A DNA stretch of 57,161 nucleotides from Candidatus Poseidoniaceae archaeon (GCA_938084455.1 CALKDX010000002.1:1-57161), one strand, 5' to 3'; shown: positions 30,338 to 40,300, counted from the stretch's first letter. A program made the numbers and translations. Notes: a model not told the origin generated them from the sequence alone.

Positions 30338-32272
30338 ATGGCAGGTGGCGGTTTTTCTCTTCCAAAGGCGAGGCCGAGTGGGCCACCATATTTTTCGCGG
30401 AATCAAGTCGCAAAGGCACTGCATCAAGTGGCAGTGCTTTTGGAACTCCAAGGAGCGAATGTGTTTCGCGTTCGATCTTACCAAAACGCAAGCAGGATGC
30501 TTGGCTCATTGACCGAGGATTTGGGTGAGCTTGTCGCCACTGGTCGTTTATTGGAAATGAAGGGTATTGGCAAAGGACTCGGCTCAGCGCTTACACAAGT
30601 GATTGCAGAAGGCCAGTGGCCGTCAGATTGGATTGAACTCCATGCCTCAACACCAGAAGGGATGATTGAGATGCTTGGCATTCCTGGCCTCGGCCCAAAA
30701 CGAATCAAATTGATGAATCAAGAACTTGGCGTCGACTCGGTTGCATCGCTCAAAGAGGCCGCTGAAGCAGGTAAAATCGCCCCAATGAAGGGTTTTGGAG
30801 CCAAATCACAGGCCCGAATGTTGGACGGAATTGAACTTTTAGCCCGCTTCAGAGCACGGCGAAGGTTGGACGTCGGACTGATGTACGGAGAGGCGTTTGA
30901 AACACGTGTGGCTCACATTGATGGCGTGATTAAAGCACAATTGGCAGGAAGCGCAAGACGAAGAAAGGAAACAATCGGAGATTTGGATTTGGTCGTTGCG
31001 GTCGAACCTGAACATCATGAAGCGGTCGCTACCGCAATCCTCAGCCTTCCTGGAATCGCTGATGTCAAAGGTGCTGGCGATTCAAAAATCAGCATCATTC
31101 TCGACACATCGGTGTTTGAAGAAGGCTTCACTGTCGGTCACATTGACCCGAATGTATTGGATGCCATTGGTGGCGACGATTATGAGCAATTGGAAAGCGG
31201 GGGAACCATTGACGCTCAAGTGCGATTGGTCACACCACAAGTCTTCCCATTCACGCTCGCATACTTCACCGGAAGTAAGGAGCATAACATTGCTATGCGA
31301 CAAAGGGCCATCGATCGAGGCTTGCGGCTCAATGAATTCGGATTGATTCCAGAGGCAAAAGCAGGTGAACTCAAGGGCATGGCCGCTGCAGAATTTTCCT
31401 TAGACGCCATTGACGAGCAATCCATTTACCGTCACCTTGACCTCGAGTGGGTTACTCCGGAATTGAGAGAGGACACTGGAGAGATCTTGGCTGCAGAACG
31501 AAGTGCACTGCCTCATTTGCTCGAAACCAGCGAAATTCGAGGAGCATGGCACAACCACACAACCCTTTCTGACGGCGAGGCAAGTCTGGAACAGATGGCT
31601 GAAACGGCTCGCAAAATGGGATGGAATTGGTTGGGAATTGCTGACCATTCTCCTACGTTGCAAGTAGCCAATGGCGCCAGCGCTGAGGACCTTCTCGCCC
31701 AAGGTGAAACGATCAAGCAATACAATGCTGCATGGGCTGATGAAGGCGTAGATTTCCGCCTGTTCCATGGTGTTGAATCAGACATTCTACCCGGGGGCAA
31801 ACTGGATCACCCTGACGATGTTTTGGGAACTTTGGATTACACTGTGGCCTCAGTTCACGCCATCTCAAAATGGCGAGCGAGGGATGAAATTGAAAACACA
31901 GAAGAATTGATTCGCTGCATTGACCACCCTGCAACAACGGTTCTTGGCCATCCCACTGGGAGAATTCTTCAGGGAAGAGATGGCTATGAGGTCGATCTTT
32001 TCGCCGTGTTAGAGCACATGGCAGAGCACAACGATGAGGGTCGTTTGAAGGCGGTTGAATTGAACGCTAGCCCCTACCGATTGGACCTTGATTGGCGGTT
32101 GTGCAAGCATGCGAAGGGGCTTGGTGTACCGGTGATCATCAACCCAGACGCTCATTCATTGCGCGGCCTTGCCGACATCAGTTACGGCGTGATGGCTGCC
32201 CGCAAGGGTTGGTTAGAAGCCAATGATGTGCTCAATACCCTGACTGCGGAGCAGTTGTCAGCCATGATTTAA
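30338..32272 (+). CDS. polX: DNA polymerase X / PHP-domain protein (non-canonical polymerase site)
   Basis: NVFRVRSY, HhH motifs (KGIGKG, PGLGPKR, KGFGAK), AGSARR..ETIGDLD, YFTGSKEHN, PHP motifs HNHT, DHS, SVH, HPTGR, DAH. Confidence 0.93.
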   Translation: MAGGGFSLPKARPSGPPYFSRNQVAKALHQVAVLLELQGANVFRVRSYQNASRMLGSLTEDLGELVATGRLLEMKGIGKGLGSALTQVIAEGQWPSDWIELHASTPEGMIEMLGIPGLGPKRIKLMNQELGVDSVASLKEAAEAGKIAPMKGFGAKSQARMLDGIELLARFRARRRLDVGLMYGEAFETRVAHIDGVIKAQLAGSARRRKETIGDLDLVVAVEPEHHEAVATAILSLPGIADVKGAGDSKISIILDTSVFEEGFTVGHIDPNVLDAIGGDDYEQLESGGTIDAQVRLVTPQVFPFTLAYFTGSKEHNIAMRQRAIDRGLRLNEFGLIPEAKAGELKGMAAAEFSLDAIDEQSIYRHLDLEWVTPELREDTGEILAAERSALPHLLETSEIRGAWHNHTTLSDGEASLEQMAETARKMGWNWLGIADHSPTLQVANGASAEDLLAQGETIKQYNAAWADEGVDFRLFHGVESDILPGGKLDHPDDVLGTLDYTVASVHAISKWRARDEIENTEELIRCIDHPATTVLGHPTGRILQGRDGYEVDLFAVLEHMAEHNDEGRLKAVELNASPYRLDLDWRLCKHAKGLGVPVIINPDAHSLRGLADISYGVMAARKGWLEANDVLNTLTAEQLSAMI

Positions 32273-32322
32273 CCAACCGCTTGAATGCACACCTTCTTGA
32301 CTTGCCGCCTCATCCTCCCATC

Positions 32323-32535
32323 ATGCGACTCTTACGCACCTTGATTATGGGCGCAACAATGCTGCTTCCTGGCCTCTTGCTGGGATTCTTAGTCTGGTAC
32401 ATCGCAGGGCAACCGACCAGCGAACCAATAGAATCCCTGATCTGCAACGGCATCCCCCTCCTCTCCGTGACATTAGGTTTGGTCTTTGGCTGGGCAACCG
32501 GAGAGGCCTACTCTGTGAAGATGGAAGCAAAGTGA
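32323..32535 (+). CDS. Small 2-TM hypothetical membrane protein
   Basis: 70 aa with two hydrophobic helices; TATA-like box 21 nt upstream. Confidence 0.7.
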   Translation: MRLLRTLIMGATMLLPGLLLGFLVWYIAGQPTSEPIESLICNGIPLLSVTLGLVFGWATGEAYSVKMEAK

Positions 32536-32544
32536 GGCGGTGTG

Positions 32545-32862
32545 ATGGCAAAACGCATCTCACGAAGCGAATGGACCAACCTCGCTGAAACCTTCACTGA
32601 ATTTTTTGCCGGGCTCGGAGTTGTGAATGCAGAAAATGAACTGCTTTCCTTCCACAGCCATTCTCATCACGTACAAACTGGATTTTCGATCCATTCAGAT
32701 GGATTGGTCAACGCCTCCATGCCCCTCCATGGTTTGCAATCGAAGTTCGAAGAATTTGAATTTCATCCTACCGGTCATCTCATCATTTGTCACGCTGAAG
32801 CATCAACCTACACTTACAAAGTACCCGATGTCTTGCTCACAAACAGGAGGCAACGCTCATGA
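32545..32862 (+). CDS. Hypothetical protein
   Basis: 105 aa; fills the gap between co-oriented genes; stop overlaps the nth start (ATGA). Confidence 0.7.
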   Translation: MAKRISRSEWTNLAETFTEFFAGLGVVNAENELLSFHSHSHHVQTGFSIHSDGLVNASMPLHGLQSKFEEFEFHPTGHLIICHAEASTYTYKVPDVLLTNRRQRS

Positions 32863-33509
32863 AACGCGCTGACAAGGCCATCCGCATTGTGGAAATGCTT
32901 GAGGAACTGTACCCCGAAACTCCGGTCCCTCTTGACCACACCAACACCTTCGAATTGCTCGTGGCGGTTTTGATGAGTGCACAAACGACCGATCTCAAAG
33001 TCAACGAGGTGACCCCCGCATTGTTCGCAAAAGCCAACACTCCAGAACAGATGTCCAAACTCCCCGTTCAAACAATTCTTGAGGACATACGCCAAGTGGG
33101 CTTGGCACCGACCAAGGCGAAAAACATCCGTCGACTCTCTGAATTGCTCGTTGAACGCCACGATGGAGTGATTCCAGACTCATTTGAAGCGCTCGAGGCG
33201 TTGCCCGGCGTTGGCCATAAGACCGCAGGTGTTGTGCTTGCACAGGCCTTTGGCATACCAGCCTTCCCAATCGACACCCACATTCACCGCTTAGCTGCAA
33301 GATGGGGGCTATCGAAGGGAACGACAGTTGAACGAACAGAGCGTGATTTGAAGGCGATATTCCCCAAGGCGTTGTGGAACAAATTACACTTGCAAATTAT
33401 TTTCTTCGGGCGTGAGTATTGCCCCGCCCGTAACCATGATCTAACGCAATGTCCGATCTGTTCGTGGACGGCAACAAAAAAGCGAATTGCTCAGGAAGCA
33501 AAACGGTAA
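32859..33509 (+). CDS. nth: Endonuclease III
   Basis: FELLVAVLMSAQTTD, HhH LPGVGHKTA, IDTHIHR, GREYCPAR. Confidence 0.95.
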   Translation: MKRADKAIRIVEMLEELYPETPVPLDHTNTFELLVAVLMSAQTTDLKVNEVTPALFAKANTPEQMSKLPVQTILEDIRQVGLAPTKAKNIRRLSELLVERHDGVIPDSFEALEALPGVGHKTAGVVLAQAFGIPAFPIDTHIHRLAARWGLSKGTTVERTERDLKAIFPKALWNKLHLQIIFFGREYCPARNHDLTQCPICSWTATKKRIAQEAKR

Positions 33510-33959
33510 TCATACCAGGTTGAGGCTTCGTGCTGCAAGGTTGGTCACAACAAGAATTCCCAAAATCATCGAGGTCACCCTCAACGCGGTGTGCTCATGA
33601 GTGCCAGAATGTGCCTCACGAAGCAAAGCATAGCCAATCAGACCCAAGCCAATCGTTTGGAGCATTGTACCGATGGAAGTGACAACTCGGTCGAGATCGT
33701 TGTATCCATCCACATCTGAGAGGTATTCCGAAATGTCTTCCAACGTTGCTTCATCACCCAGTGCATCAGGAGGGCCCCACATGGTGACGACCTCTGAAAA
33801 TAGAGTTGCAGCGAGAATGAGGATGATTCCAATCATCAACCAACGCTCAAAGGAATAGGAAATTTTGGCCTTGTCGAAGCCTTGTGGGGGTTGATACGGC
33901 GACACAGGTGGAGGGGCAGTTTGGGCGGCAGTTCCGGGTGGAGGAGGTATGGCTTGCAT
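33510..33959 (-). CDS. Hypothetical membrane protein with Pro-rich N-terminus
   Basis: 149 aa, three hydrophobic segments. Confidence 0.75.
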   Translation of the reverse strand: MQAIPPPPGTAAQTAPPPVSPYQPPQGFDKAKISYSFERWLMIGIILILAATLFSEVVTMWGPPDALGDEATLEDISEYLSDVDGYNDLDRVVTSIGTMLQTIGLGLIGYALLREAHSGTHEHTALRVTSMILGILVVTNLAARSLNLV

Positions 33960-34004
33960 GCTTAGGCATCGTGATTCATGTTATTGTCCTTCGCTTGAAG
34001 AACA

Positions 34005-35807
34005 TCAAACTCCAAAGATTCCTGAAGCACTTTCAAGAACAACAGAAGTCAGGAATGAGGTGATTCCAGCAACCCAAAGCAATTGAATGGCTTGCCCAAG
34101 GGCCGTGATTTTTCCACCGCCACGTAACCGATTTGAGATCATTGAAACTGCTGCCACTTGGAACAACACCAAAATCGACACGACAATCTTGAACATTCGA
34201 ATGTTCTCCCCGACTGCAGATGCATCTTCCATAATTGGTAAAGCAAGATCTGAGCCAAAGCTAGAAAGCGCTGAGACATCGGTGTCGACAAATCCTTCGG
34301 CGACACCTGCAATTGAATCTCCCAGTTTCAAGACAATTGCAATGGTCACGTTGAGGCTGGTCACCGTTGCAATCAGTAAACCGAGCGCCACACCGCGCAT
34401 GGTGTTGGCAGACAGTGCACGGCGCCGGCGTAGGGAAAGTAAATTTCCAACCGAACGAGAAACCATCTCTGCAGTTCCTGCAGGTTGGCCAGAGGATTGT
34501 GACCCTTCGATGTAAATTCGGGTGTATCGAGAAATGACTGCAGAGTTTGTGTCTGCGGTAAAATAATCCCAAGCACGATCAGAGTTAATCCGAGTCGAAA
34601 GTCGCTTTTCCAAGCGGTCGATGGAATCATCCAGGACACCAAAGTCAATACCACGAAGGGCTTTGATGGTGGCCGATGGTTCAGCAGAGCGCGCTTGTGC
34701 AGTGCCTCCAAGAGCACGGATAAAATCTGGATAAGTTTCATCTCGACGCAGAACAGCGCTTTCTTCTCGGCCAACCATAAATGCTGGAATGAGCATAGGG
34801 GAAAGCGGGGCAGCAAAAAGAAGTAAACCGTACCGATCCCATTGGCTGCTGACCTCTTGCCAAGAAGCGAGGATGATAATTACGGTGATGAAGAGGAGAA
34901 GAATCGAAAGGAGTGAGGCACCAATGAGGGCCCTGAGAAAATTAATTCGAAACGGAGTGTCCATTTCGTCGCGTGCGAAGGTTGGGTCTTCTGGGATGGT
35001 CGAATTGAACGCATAGACCCCACCAACTTGGATAATGGTGAACAACAAACCCGCTAGCAAAAGAAACCGCATACGACTCGCCACTTCGATTGGAAGATCA
35101 CTTGCAGATCCAACTTCGAACAGCACCAAGTGAATTCCAGCAATCACAAGGCCAAACAATCCAGCAGATACCAGAGACACATAGATTTCCTTCATGGTGT
35201 CTACAGATTCAAGACGCGTGTCGTACAAGGTCGTGTACTGTTCTGCAATTGTTTCCTGTTCGGAACGCATGAACTCATCGATTGGTTGGCCTGCTTCAAT
35301 GGAAAACGCCATTCGATCAAGAAAATCCGCCCACAATGGAGACGGACTTTGTTGGGCCACGATTCGTGAAGCTTCCGGAAGCGACGTGTGCCACTTGTCC
35401 ACAAGCGTTTCAATCCGCTGAACTTCACTGGCTAACTCGCCATAATCCCTCATTTGTTTGAGGATGTCGAAAATAGACTGAGCACCAACTTCACCCAAAG
35501 AAAGGATGCCCATTCGAGTGATGAACATGTGCATTTCTTTCTCAATCAACGCTGCTGAGCGTTGAACATCGAGAAGGGGAAAAGCAATTGCTGCACCCCC
35601 TGCAAGAGTGGGAAGCAACACAAGAAGGAAGATCCCTGCGAAGCCGGAAAACAAGGCCCCTTCCGAAAGACCACCGGTGAGGAGAATGATGACAACTGCG
35701 GAGAAAAAGCCTGCAAAAGCGGCACCACCTACGAAGTAGCCAAGGAAATTCAAAATGGGCATTTCAAGACGCCGCAAAGCGATTTGCCACATCGACATTC
35801 GCTGCAT
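34005..35807 (-). CDS. flaJ: Archaellum membrane platform protein ArlJ/FlaJ (GspF-like)
   Basis: WHTSLPEASR..PSPLWADFLDRMAFSIEAGQ, YPDFIRALG, multi-TM; lies downstream of flaI. Confidence 0.9.
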   Translation of the reverse strand: MQRMSMWQIALRRLEMPILNFLGYFVGGAAFAGFFSAVVIILLTGGLSEGALFSGFAGIFLLVLLPTLAGGAAIAFPLLDVQRSAALIEKEMHMFITRMGILSLGEVGAQSIFDILKQMRDYGELASEVQRIETLVDKWHTSLPEASRIVAQQSPSPLWADFLDRMAFSIEAGQPIDEFMRSEQETIAEQYTTLYDTRLESVDTMKEIYVSLVSAGLFGLVIAGIHLVLFEVGSASDLPIEVASRMRFLLLAGLLFTIIQVGGVYAFNSTIPEDPTFARDEMDTPFRINFLRALIGASLLSILLLFITVIIILASWQEVSSQWDRYGLLLFAAPLSPMLIPAFMVGREESAVLRRDETYPDFIRALGGTAQARSAEPSATIKALRGIDFGVLDDSIDRLEKRLSTRINSDRAWDYFTADTNSAVISRYTRIYIEGSQSSGQPAGTAEMVSRSVGNLLSLRRRRALSANTMRGVALGLLIATVTSLNVTIAIVLKLGDSIAGVAEGFVDTDVSALSSFGSDLALPIMEDASAVGENIRMFKIVVSILVLFQVAAVSMISNRLRGGGKITALGQAIQLLWVAGITSFLTSVVLESASGIFGV

Positions 35808-35817
35808 CCATCATCCC

Positions 35818-37533
35818 TCACTCGTGATTGATGCCCTTCCATGAATCGACGGCACGGTCGAAGTGTTCCCAGCCGCTGTTGTAGTAGATTCCAAGCAGAT
35901 CAAACACGTCATCGTAATGGGTTAGGTCTCGATCAACCATTCGCTGGAGCGCTTCTGCCCTCTTGAGCATTTCATCGTAAATATCACGCTTGTTGGCAAA
36001 ACCTGCCATTGCAGCAATTTTGTTTTCAAGCAAATGGCTTTGGAACATTCCGCGGAAGTAGTGTTTATCCTTCACAGGATCCCATTCGAACATACCACGG
36101 GTTAACACACCGTCACTGTGTTTGTTGTATCCAATAACTTCGTCAATACCTGTAACACGCCGGGCGATTCCTCCCCCTGGTGCTTCGACGACCTCTTGGA
36201 AAATAGCGAAATTCAGGTTATCGAAGAAACGAATTGGAACATTGATTGGGTCGCCGGTAAACCGTTGAATCATCTTCACAATTGACGATGCGTGGAACGT
36301 CGCAATGACCGGGTGGCCCGTTTGCATTGCCTGGAATGCTGTCGCTCCTTCGACACCACGTATTTCACCGATGATGATGTAACGTGGCCGGCTACGCAAT
36401 GCTGCCTTGAGTAAATCGAACATTTCCACACGAGACTCTTCGTTCTTTGAGGAACGGGTCACCAATCGTTGCCAAATCTTGTGGCGCACCTTGACTTCAG
36501 GAGTGTCTTCTGCCGAGTAAATCTTGACATTGTGGTCAATAAAAGGGAGAATGGCATTGAGGGTTGTGGTTTTTCCAGATGCAGTTTCCCCGGACACAAG
36601 AACCGACATACCGTATTCAAGGCAAATCCAGATGTAGGCTGCGACCTGCGAAGAAATGGTCCCCCAAGCAATGAGTTGTGTGATGGAGATGGTTTCTTCA
36701 GCAAACTTACGAATGGTGAATGATGGTCCTAACATGGACACGTCATCGGAGAAAATGATGTTGATACGAGAGCCATCGAGCAATGCGCCATCAATGATTG
36801 GTTTGTTGTCCGAAACAGGACGCCCGATACGCTCAGACATTGCTCTGAGGAAACGGGAAAGAATTTCTCGGTCCCTAAAGCGAATGTTGGATGTCACCAT
36901 GCCGAACACCTTGTGATCCATGTGGACGTGTTTCAGGCCAATTGAGTGAATATCTTCCAGCATCTCATCAGAAAGAAGGGGTTCAAGCGGTCCGTTTCGA
37001 ATGAGGTCACGAATCACGATGTACTCCAAGCGTGTGCGCTGCTCTTGATTGACAACGAGCCGCCTGTCTTCTAGCCCCAGCATTTCCCAAAGACGCCCTT
37101 GGCGCCGAGGTGCGACACCGATTTCTGTATCGAGAACAGTGTAACGAGCAACCATCTGACGGAGGATGTTTTCAAACTCATTATCTGTTGTGAAGGATGG
37201 AGCAGCTGGTGCTTCTTGGAGGAGAGTTTCAGTTAATTCTCTACGAATGTTTTCTTCCTCTTCAGTGAGTTGAGGCTCAAGGCCAAACCACAAAATTTGG
37301 CCACCACCCTCTTCATCAGCAGGAGGTTCGTAAATGTGAATGAAAATTGGTTCTTTTGCAAGGTAAATGAGGTTGAGGGGGCGTTCCTTTTTGGCATCCC
37401 TGTCAAGTTCACCGTAGTAGATCGGGCGAGTCCCGTAGCGAGCCTCGAAATCACGAACCCAGTCTGCGACGTGTTGGTGGGCAGCCATGACCCCATTGAG
37501 GTCACCCTTTGCGAATGTAGGTTCATCTGACAT
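35818..37533 (-). CDS. flaI: Archaellum motor ATPase ArlI/FlaI
   Basis: GETASGKTT, AEDTPE, LRSRPRYIIIGEIRG, AMQTGH..TFHA. Confidence 0.95.
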   Translation of the reverse strand: MSDEPTFAKGDLNGVMAAHQHVADWVRDFEARYGTRPIYYGELDRDAKKERPLNLIYLAKEPIFIHIYEPPADEEGGGQILWFGLEPQLTEEEENIRRELTETLLQEAPAAPSFTTDNEFENILRQMVARYTVLDTEIGVAPRRQGRLWEMLGLEDRRLVVNQEQRTRLEYIVIRDLIRNGPLEPLLSDEMLEDIHSIGLKHVHMDHKVFGMVTSNIRFRDREILSRFLRAMSERIGRPVSDNKPIIDGALLDGSRINIIFSDDVSMLGPSFTIRKFAEETISITQLIAWGTISSQVAAYIWICLEYGMSVLVSGETASGKTTTLNAILPFIDHNVKIYSAEDTPEVKVRHKIWQRLVTRSSKNEESRVEMFDLLKAALRSRPRYIIIGEIRGVEGATAFQAMQTGHPVIATFHASSIVKMIQRFTGDPINVPIRFFDNLNFAIFQEVVEAPGGGIARRVTGIDEVIGYNKHSDGVLTRGMFEWDPVKDKHYFRGMFQSHLLENKIAAMAGFANKRDIYDEMLKRAEALQRMVDRDLTHYDDVFDLLGIYYNSGWEHFDRAVDSWKGINHE

Positions 37534-37547
37534 TCATGGTACCTCCT

Positions 37548-38276
37548 TCAACTGACCGCCGTGATGTCGACGATGAAGCCCATGCTCGGCTCAACACGCC
37601 ATCCAACAGAAGTTTGAACTGGGCCTGCAGCCCTCAAAAACCTCGTAACAACGATGTTTCTTTTGATTTCACCACCGATCATAGCGGTGGTGAGATCAAG
37701 AACAATTTCTGCTGATGCACGCAAAGTGTGCATCATTTTGTGGTCCATTTCGTCAGGGTCGACGCACAACATGAGCGAGCGACCATCGGCACAAATGCGA
37801 CGAAGCCGCTGCATCATGGTAAAACGTTGAGTTTCGTCGAGCGAATCAGGCATTAGTGAACTCGCTGCATCGATAATCACGACGTCTGCGAGTGCGATTG
37901 CCTCTGCTTCAAGCAGTTCGTTTAGCCCGACATCCGGTAGGGCTTCTGCAATAGTTCCAAAACGGGAGAAGACCATCAGTTGGCCTTCCCGAATGGCATC
38001 TGTGATACCGTAACCAATGGATTCCATTTGCTCAATCCAGCCGCGAGTCGTGAGTTCAGTTGTGATCACGAGTACTTTCACACCGTTTTCTACCATACCA
38101 TAGGCAAGTCGTTGTGAGATGAGTGATTTACCGCCACCCACTCCACCTTGGAGGACATACAAGGAACGGTTTGGTAACCGCAATCCCATGGAATCACCCA
38201 GGGAGTCTGTTTCCAAATCGAAAGGAAAACCGTCTTCTATCGGCTTGTGAGCCGTCAAAAATGGATCTTCCTTCAA
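37548..38276 (-). CDS. flaH: Archaellum accessory KaiC/RecA-like protein ArlH/FlaH
   Basis: GGVGGGKSLISQRLAYG, ITTELTT..QMESIG, WRVEPSMGFIVDI; TTG start overlaps the flaG stop. Confidence 0.9.
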   Translation of the reverse strand: MKEDPFLTAHKPIEDGFPFDLETDSLGDSMGLRLPNRSLYVLQGGVGGGKSLISQRLAYGMVENGVKVLVITTELTTRGWIEQMESIGYGITDAIREGQLMVFSRFGTIAEALPDVGLNELLEAEAIALADVVIIDAASSLMPDSLDETQRFTMMQRLRRICADGRSLMLCVDPDEMDHKMMHTLRASAEIVLDLTTAMIGGEIKRNIVVTRFLRAAGPVQTSVGWRVEPSMGFIVDITAVS

Positions 38277-38764
38277 GAGAGCCTCACCTCGACATTCATT
38301 GATGCACTTGATGACATGCCACCAACGACTTCAGATGTGACGATGGCGTACAATTTGACATCGTCCCCTGCCGCAAATGGAGTGGTTCCGTAAGAGGAAT
38401 CTTCAATCACAATTTCAGCAAGTTCGTTTGAGTCCCACGTGGGCCCGGTGATTGTGGCAGTGGTATTGGTTGGAGCTTGCCCGTTCACGAGCACGGCGAT
38501 GAGTTGTTCATCCAGTGGATGGATTCCGGTGTTTTGCAGGTAGAAGGTGATGGACGGTGTCGAACCGCTGGTGTCAACATCCACCATCATTGGGTCGCCG
38601 GCAAAATCCAAGCCGAGTTCACCCGTGAAGGTGATGCCCTGCTGATTTTTTTGAGCCGTTCTCGCCATTGCCGACCATTCCGTGATCAGCAGTGCACTCA
38701 CAGAACTCGAGATCAACAAGCCCGTGATGAGCATGATGAAGGTTGATGCGCCACCGTCTGCCAT
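38273..38764 (-). CDS. flaG: Archaellum accessory protein ArlG/FlaG
   Basis: N-terminal TM MADGGASTFIMLITGLLISS, GDP..ITFYLQNTG, W..E motif; position upstream of flaH. Confidence 0.82.
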   Translation of the reverse strand: MADGGASTFIMLITGLLISSSVSALLITEWSAMARTAQKNQQGITFTGELGLDFAGDPMMVDVDTSGSTPSITFYLQNTGIHPLDEQLIAVLVNGQAPTNTTATITGPTWDSNELAEIVIEDSSYGTTPFAAGDDVKLYAIVTSEVVGGMSSSASMNVEVRLS

Positions 38765-38773
38765 AGCCAGTCC

Positions 38774-39415
38774 TCAGAGCGTAGTACCTACTGTTGTACC
38801 GCCATAGGTGAAGGCAAGGCGGACATGGTTTGTAGGTGATAATTCCCAACGCAGATCAAGCGTTTCCCCAGAATACCAATACCCGCTGGACAAGCCAATT
38901 GGGTTTGATGCTGAGAGCGTTTGCGGATCTGTCCCATCGAGGAACAGCCAAACATCCTCGGTAGGGAGGGTGACTGCACCATCGTTGGTGATCACGGCAA
39001 AAACGTAAGTCTTCATGACGGGGGTAAGTGTTGCAGCAGCTGTAGGTGTCTGAGCGGGTGTTCCAAAAGAGATGACAGGAGTGGATGTCGAACAATCGCC
39101 GGTGCTGGTGATGGACACGGCGTCGATGACTCCATTGCTGTCAACTGTGAAACTTGCGCTAAATCCTGTACACGAGGACGCAACAAGGGTCCCGTTGACG
39201 TAATCTGTTCCTCCGTTCGTGATGGTGATGTCTTCAAGGGCGAAAAGCCAGATATCACTCGAATCAACGGTGAAACTCGGTAGAGGCTCAGCAGCGGATT
39301 CAATCGAATCCATTGAGGATTCAAACTGATTTCCAATCGTTTGAACGGCCATGGAAAACACGACCAATAACGATACCCCAATGATGAGGCCACCAATACC
39401 CACCGAGCCAGCCAT
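38774..39415 (-). CDS. flaF: Archaellum accessory protein ArlF/FlaF-like, with internal insertion
   Basis: N-terminal TM, ITNDGAVTL..VWLFLDG..YWYSGET motif; position upstream of flaG. Confidence 0.75.
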   Translation of the reverse strand: MAGSVGIGGLIIGVSLLVVFSMAVQTIGNQFESSMDSIESAAEPLPSFTVDSSDIWLFALEDITITNGGTDYVNGTLVASSCTGFSASFTVDSNGVIDAVSITSTGDCSTSTPVISFGTPAQTPTAAATLTPVMKTYVFAVITNDGAVTLPTEDVWLFLDGTDPQTLSASNPIGLSSGYWYSGETLDLRWELSPTNHVRLAFTYGGTTVGTTL

Positions 39416-39416
39416 T

Positions 39417-40250
39417 TCAGGCTCCACCTCGGAGAGAACTCACACTTCGCCAGGAACTGACGAGTGATGAGAACGTTAGCAAATCTTTGTGGGGCAGATG
39501 GTCATCAAGCGCAGCCTCGGCTTCACCGGGTGCTGCAAGTTGAACAATTGCCAGAACAGATCGACCTTCTTCGTCGTTCAGCATACCTGAAGACATGGCC
39601 TTCTGAGTGAAACTAACTGCCGCCATGCCAGACATGTTGTCGAGCAAGAGGGCAGAAACTGTCGGTGCGCCCACGCTGTTTCCAGCAGTGGTTGCGCCAT
39701 GCGATGGAGCGTGCAAGAATGGATTTGCAGCGAGAGCTTGCGCTTCGTACAATTCCACCAAGGGTGCTTCATCAACTTCCTTCAGTCGGTCGTTGCCTGT
39801 AACGGAGATCACTTCTCCGCTTGCGGTGACAATCATGTCTCCATCAAGCGCAGTTGGGTCGTCACCGTCTTCGGATGCCTCACCTTCTGCTGCGAGTGCT
39901 GCAGAGGGCGTCTCAAGACGAACTTCGACATTCCGAAGCACATCCTCGACCATGTCGAGGCGGCTGCTGATCATGCGTTCAAGTCCCGAGGTGTCAACTG
40001 TGGCGTTCACAGGAGAGGCAGGTGCTGGTGCGAGGCTTGCTGCAACGCTGGGCACACTGCCGATGCTGTTGAGGCGTGCTTTGGTAGGACCTGGAGAGAT
40101 GGTCCACGCATCTTCCTCGCCAAGTTCACCCTCTTCGGGAAGAGGGACTTGCTCAATAGCGATGTTCGCCATTATTTTGAGCCGATCTTCAGTGAGAGCC
40201 GCGTCTTCATCAATGTCCTCATTTGCACTGTTGCCAAATGGCCATGCCAT
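39417..40250 (-). CDS. Acidic cytoplasmic protein in the ArlC/D/E slot; possible divergent ArlD/E
   Basis: 277 aa; short coiled coil (LERMISSRLDMVEDVLRNVEVRLE); C-terminal LPHKDLLTFSSLV loosely recalls the ArlD/E C-terminal helix; operon position. Confidence 0.6.
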   Translation of the reverse strand: MAWPFGNSANEDIDEDAALTEDRLKIMANIAIEQVPLPEEGELGEEDAWTISPGPTKARLNSIGSVPSVAASLAPAPASPVNATVDTSGLERMISSRLDMVEDVLRNVEVRLETPSAALAAEGEASEDGDDPTALDGDMIVTASGEVISVTGNDRLKEVDEAPLVELYEAQALAANPFLHAPSHGATTAGNSVGAPTVSALLLDNMSGMAAVSFTQKAMSSGMLNDEEGRSVLAIVQLAAPGEAEAALDDHLPHKDLLTFSSLVSSWRSVSSLRGGA

Positions 40251-40300
40251 GATAATTCCTCCTCTAAGGGCGCTTTTTCAAGCAGAGCCCTTAGAAAGCA

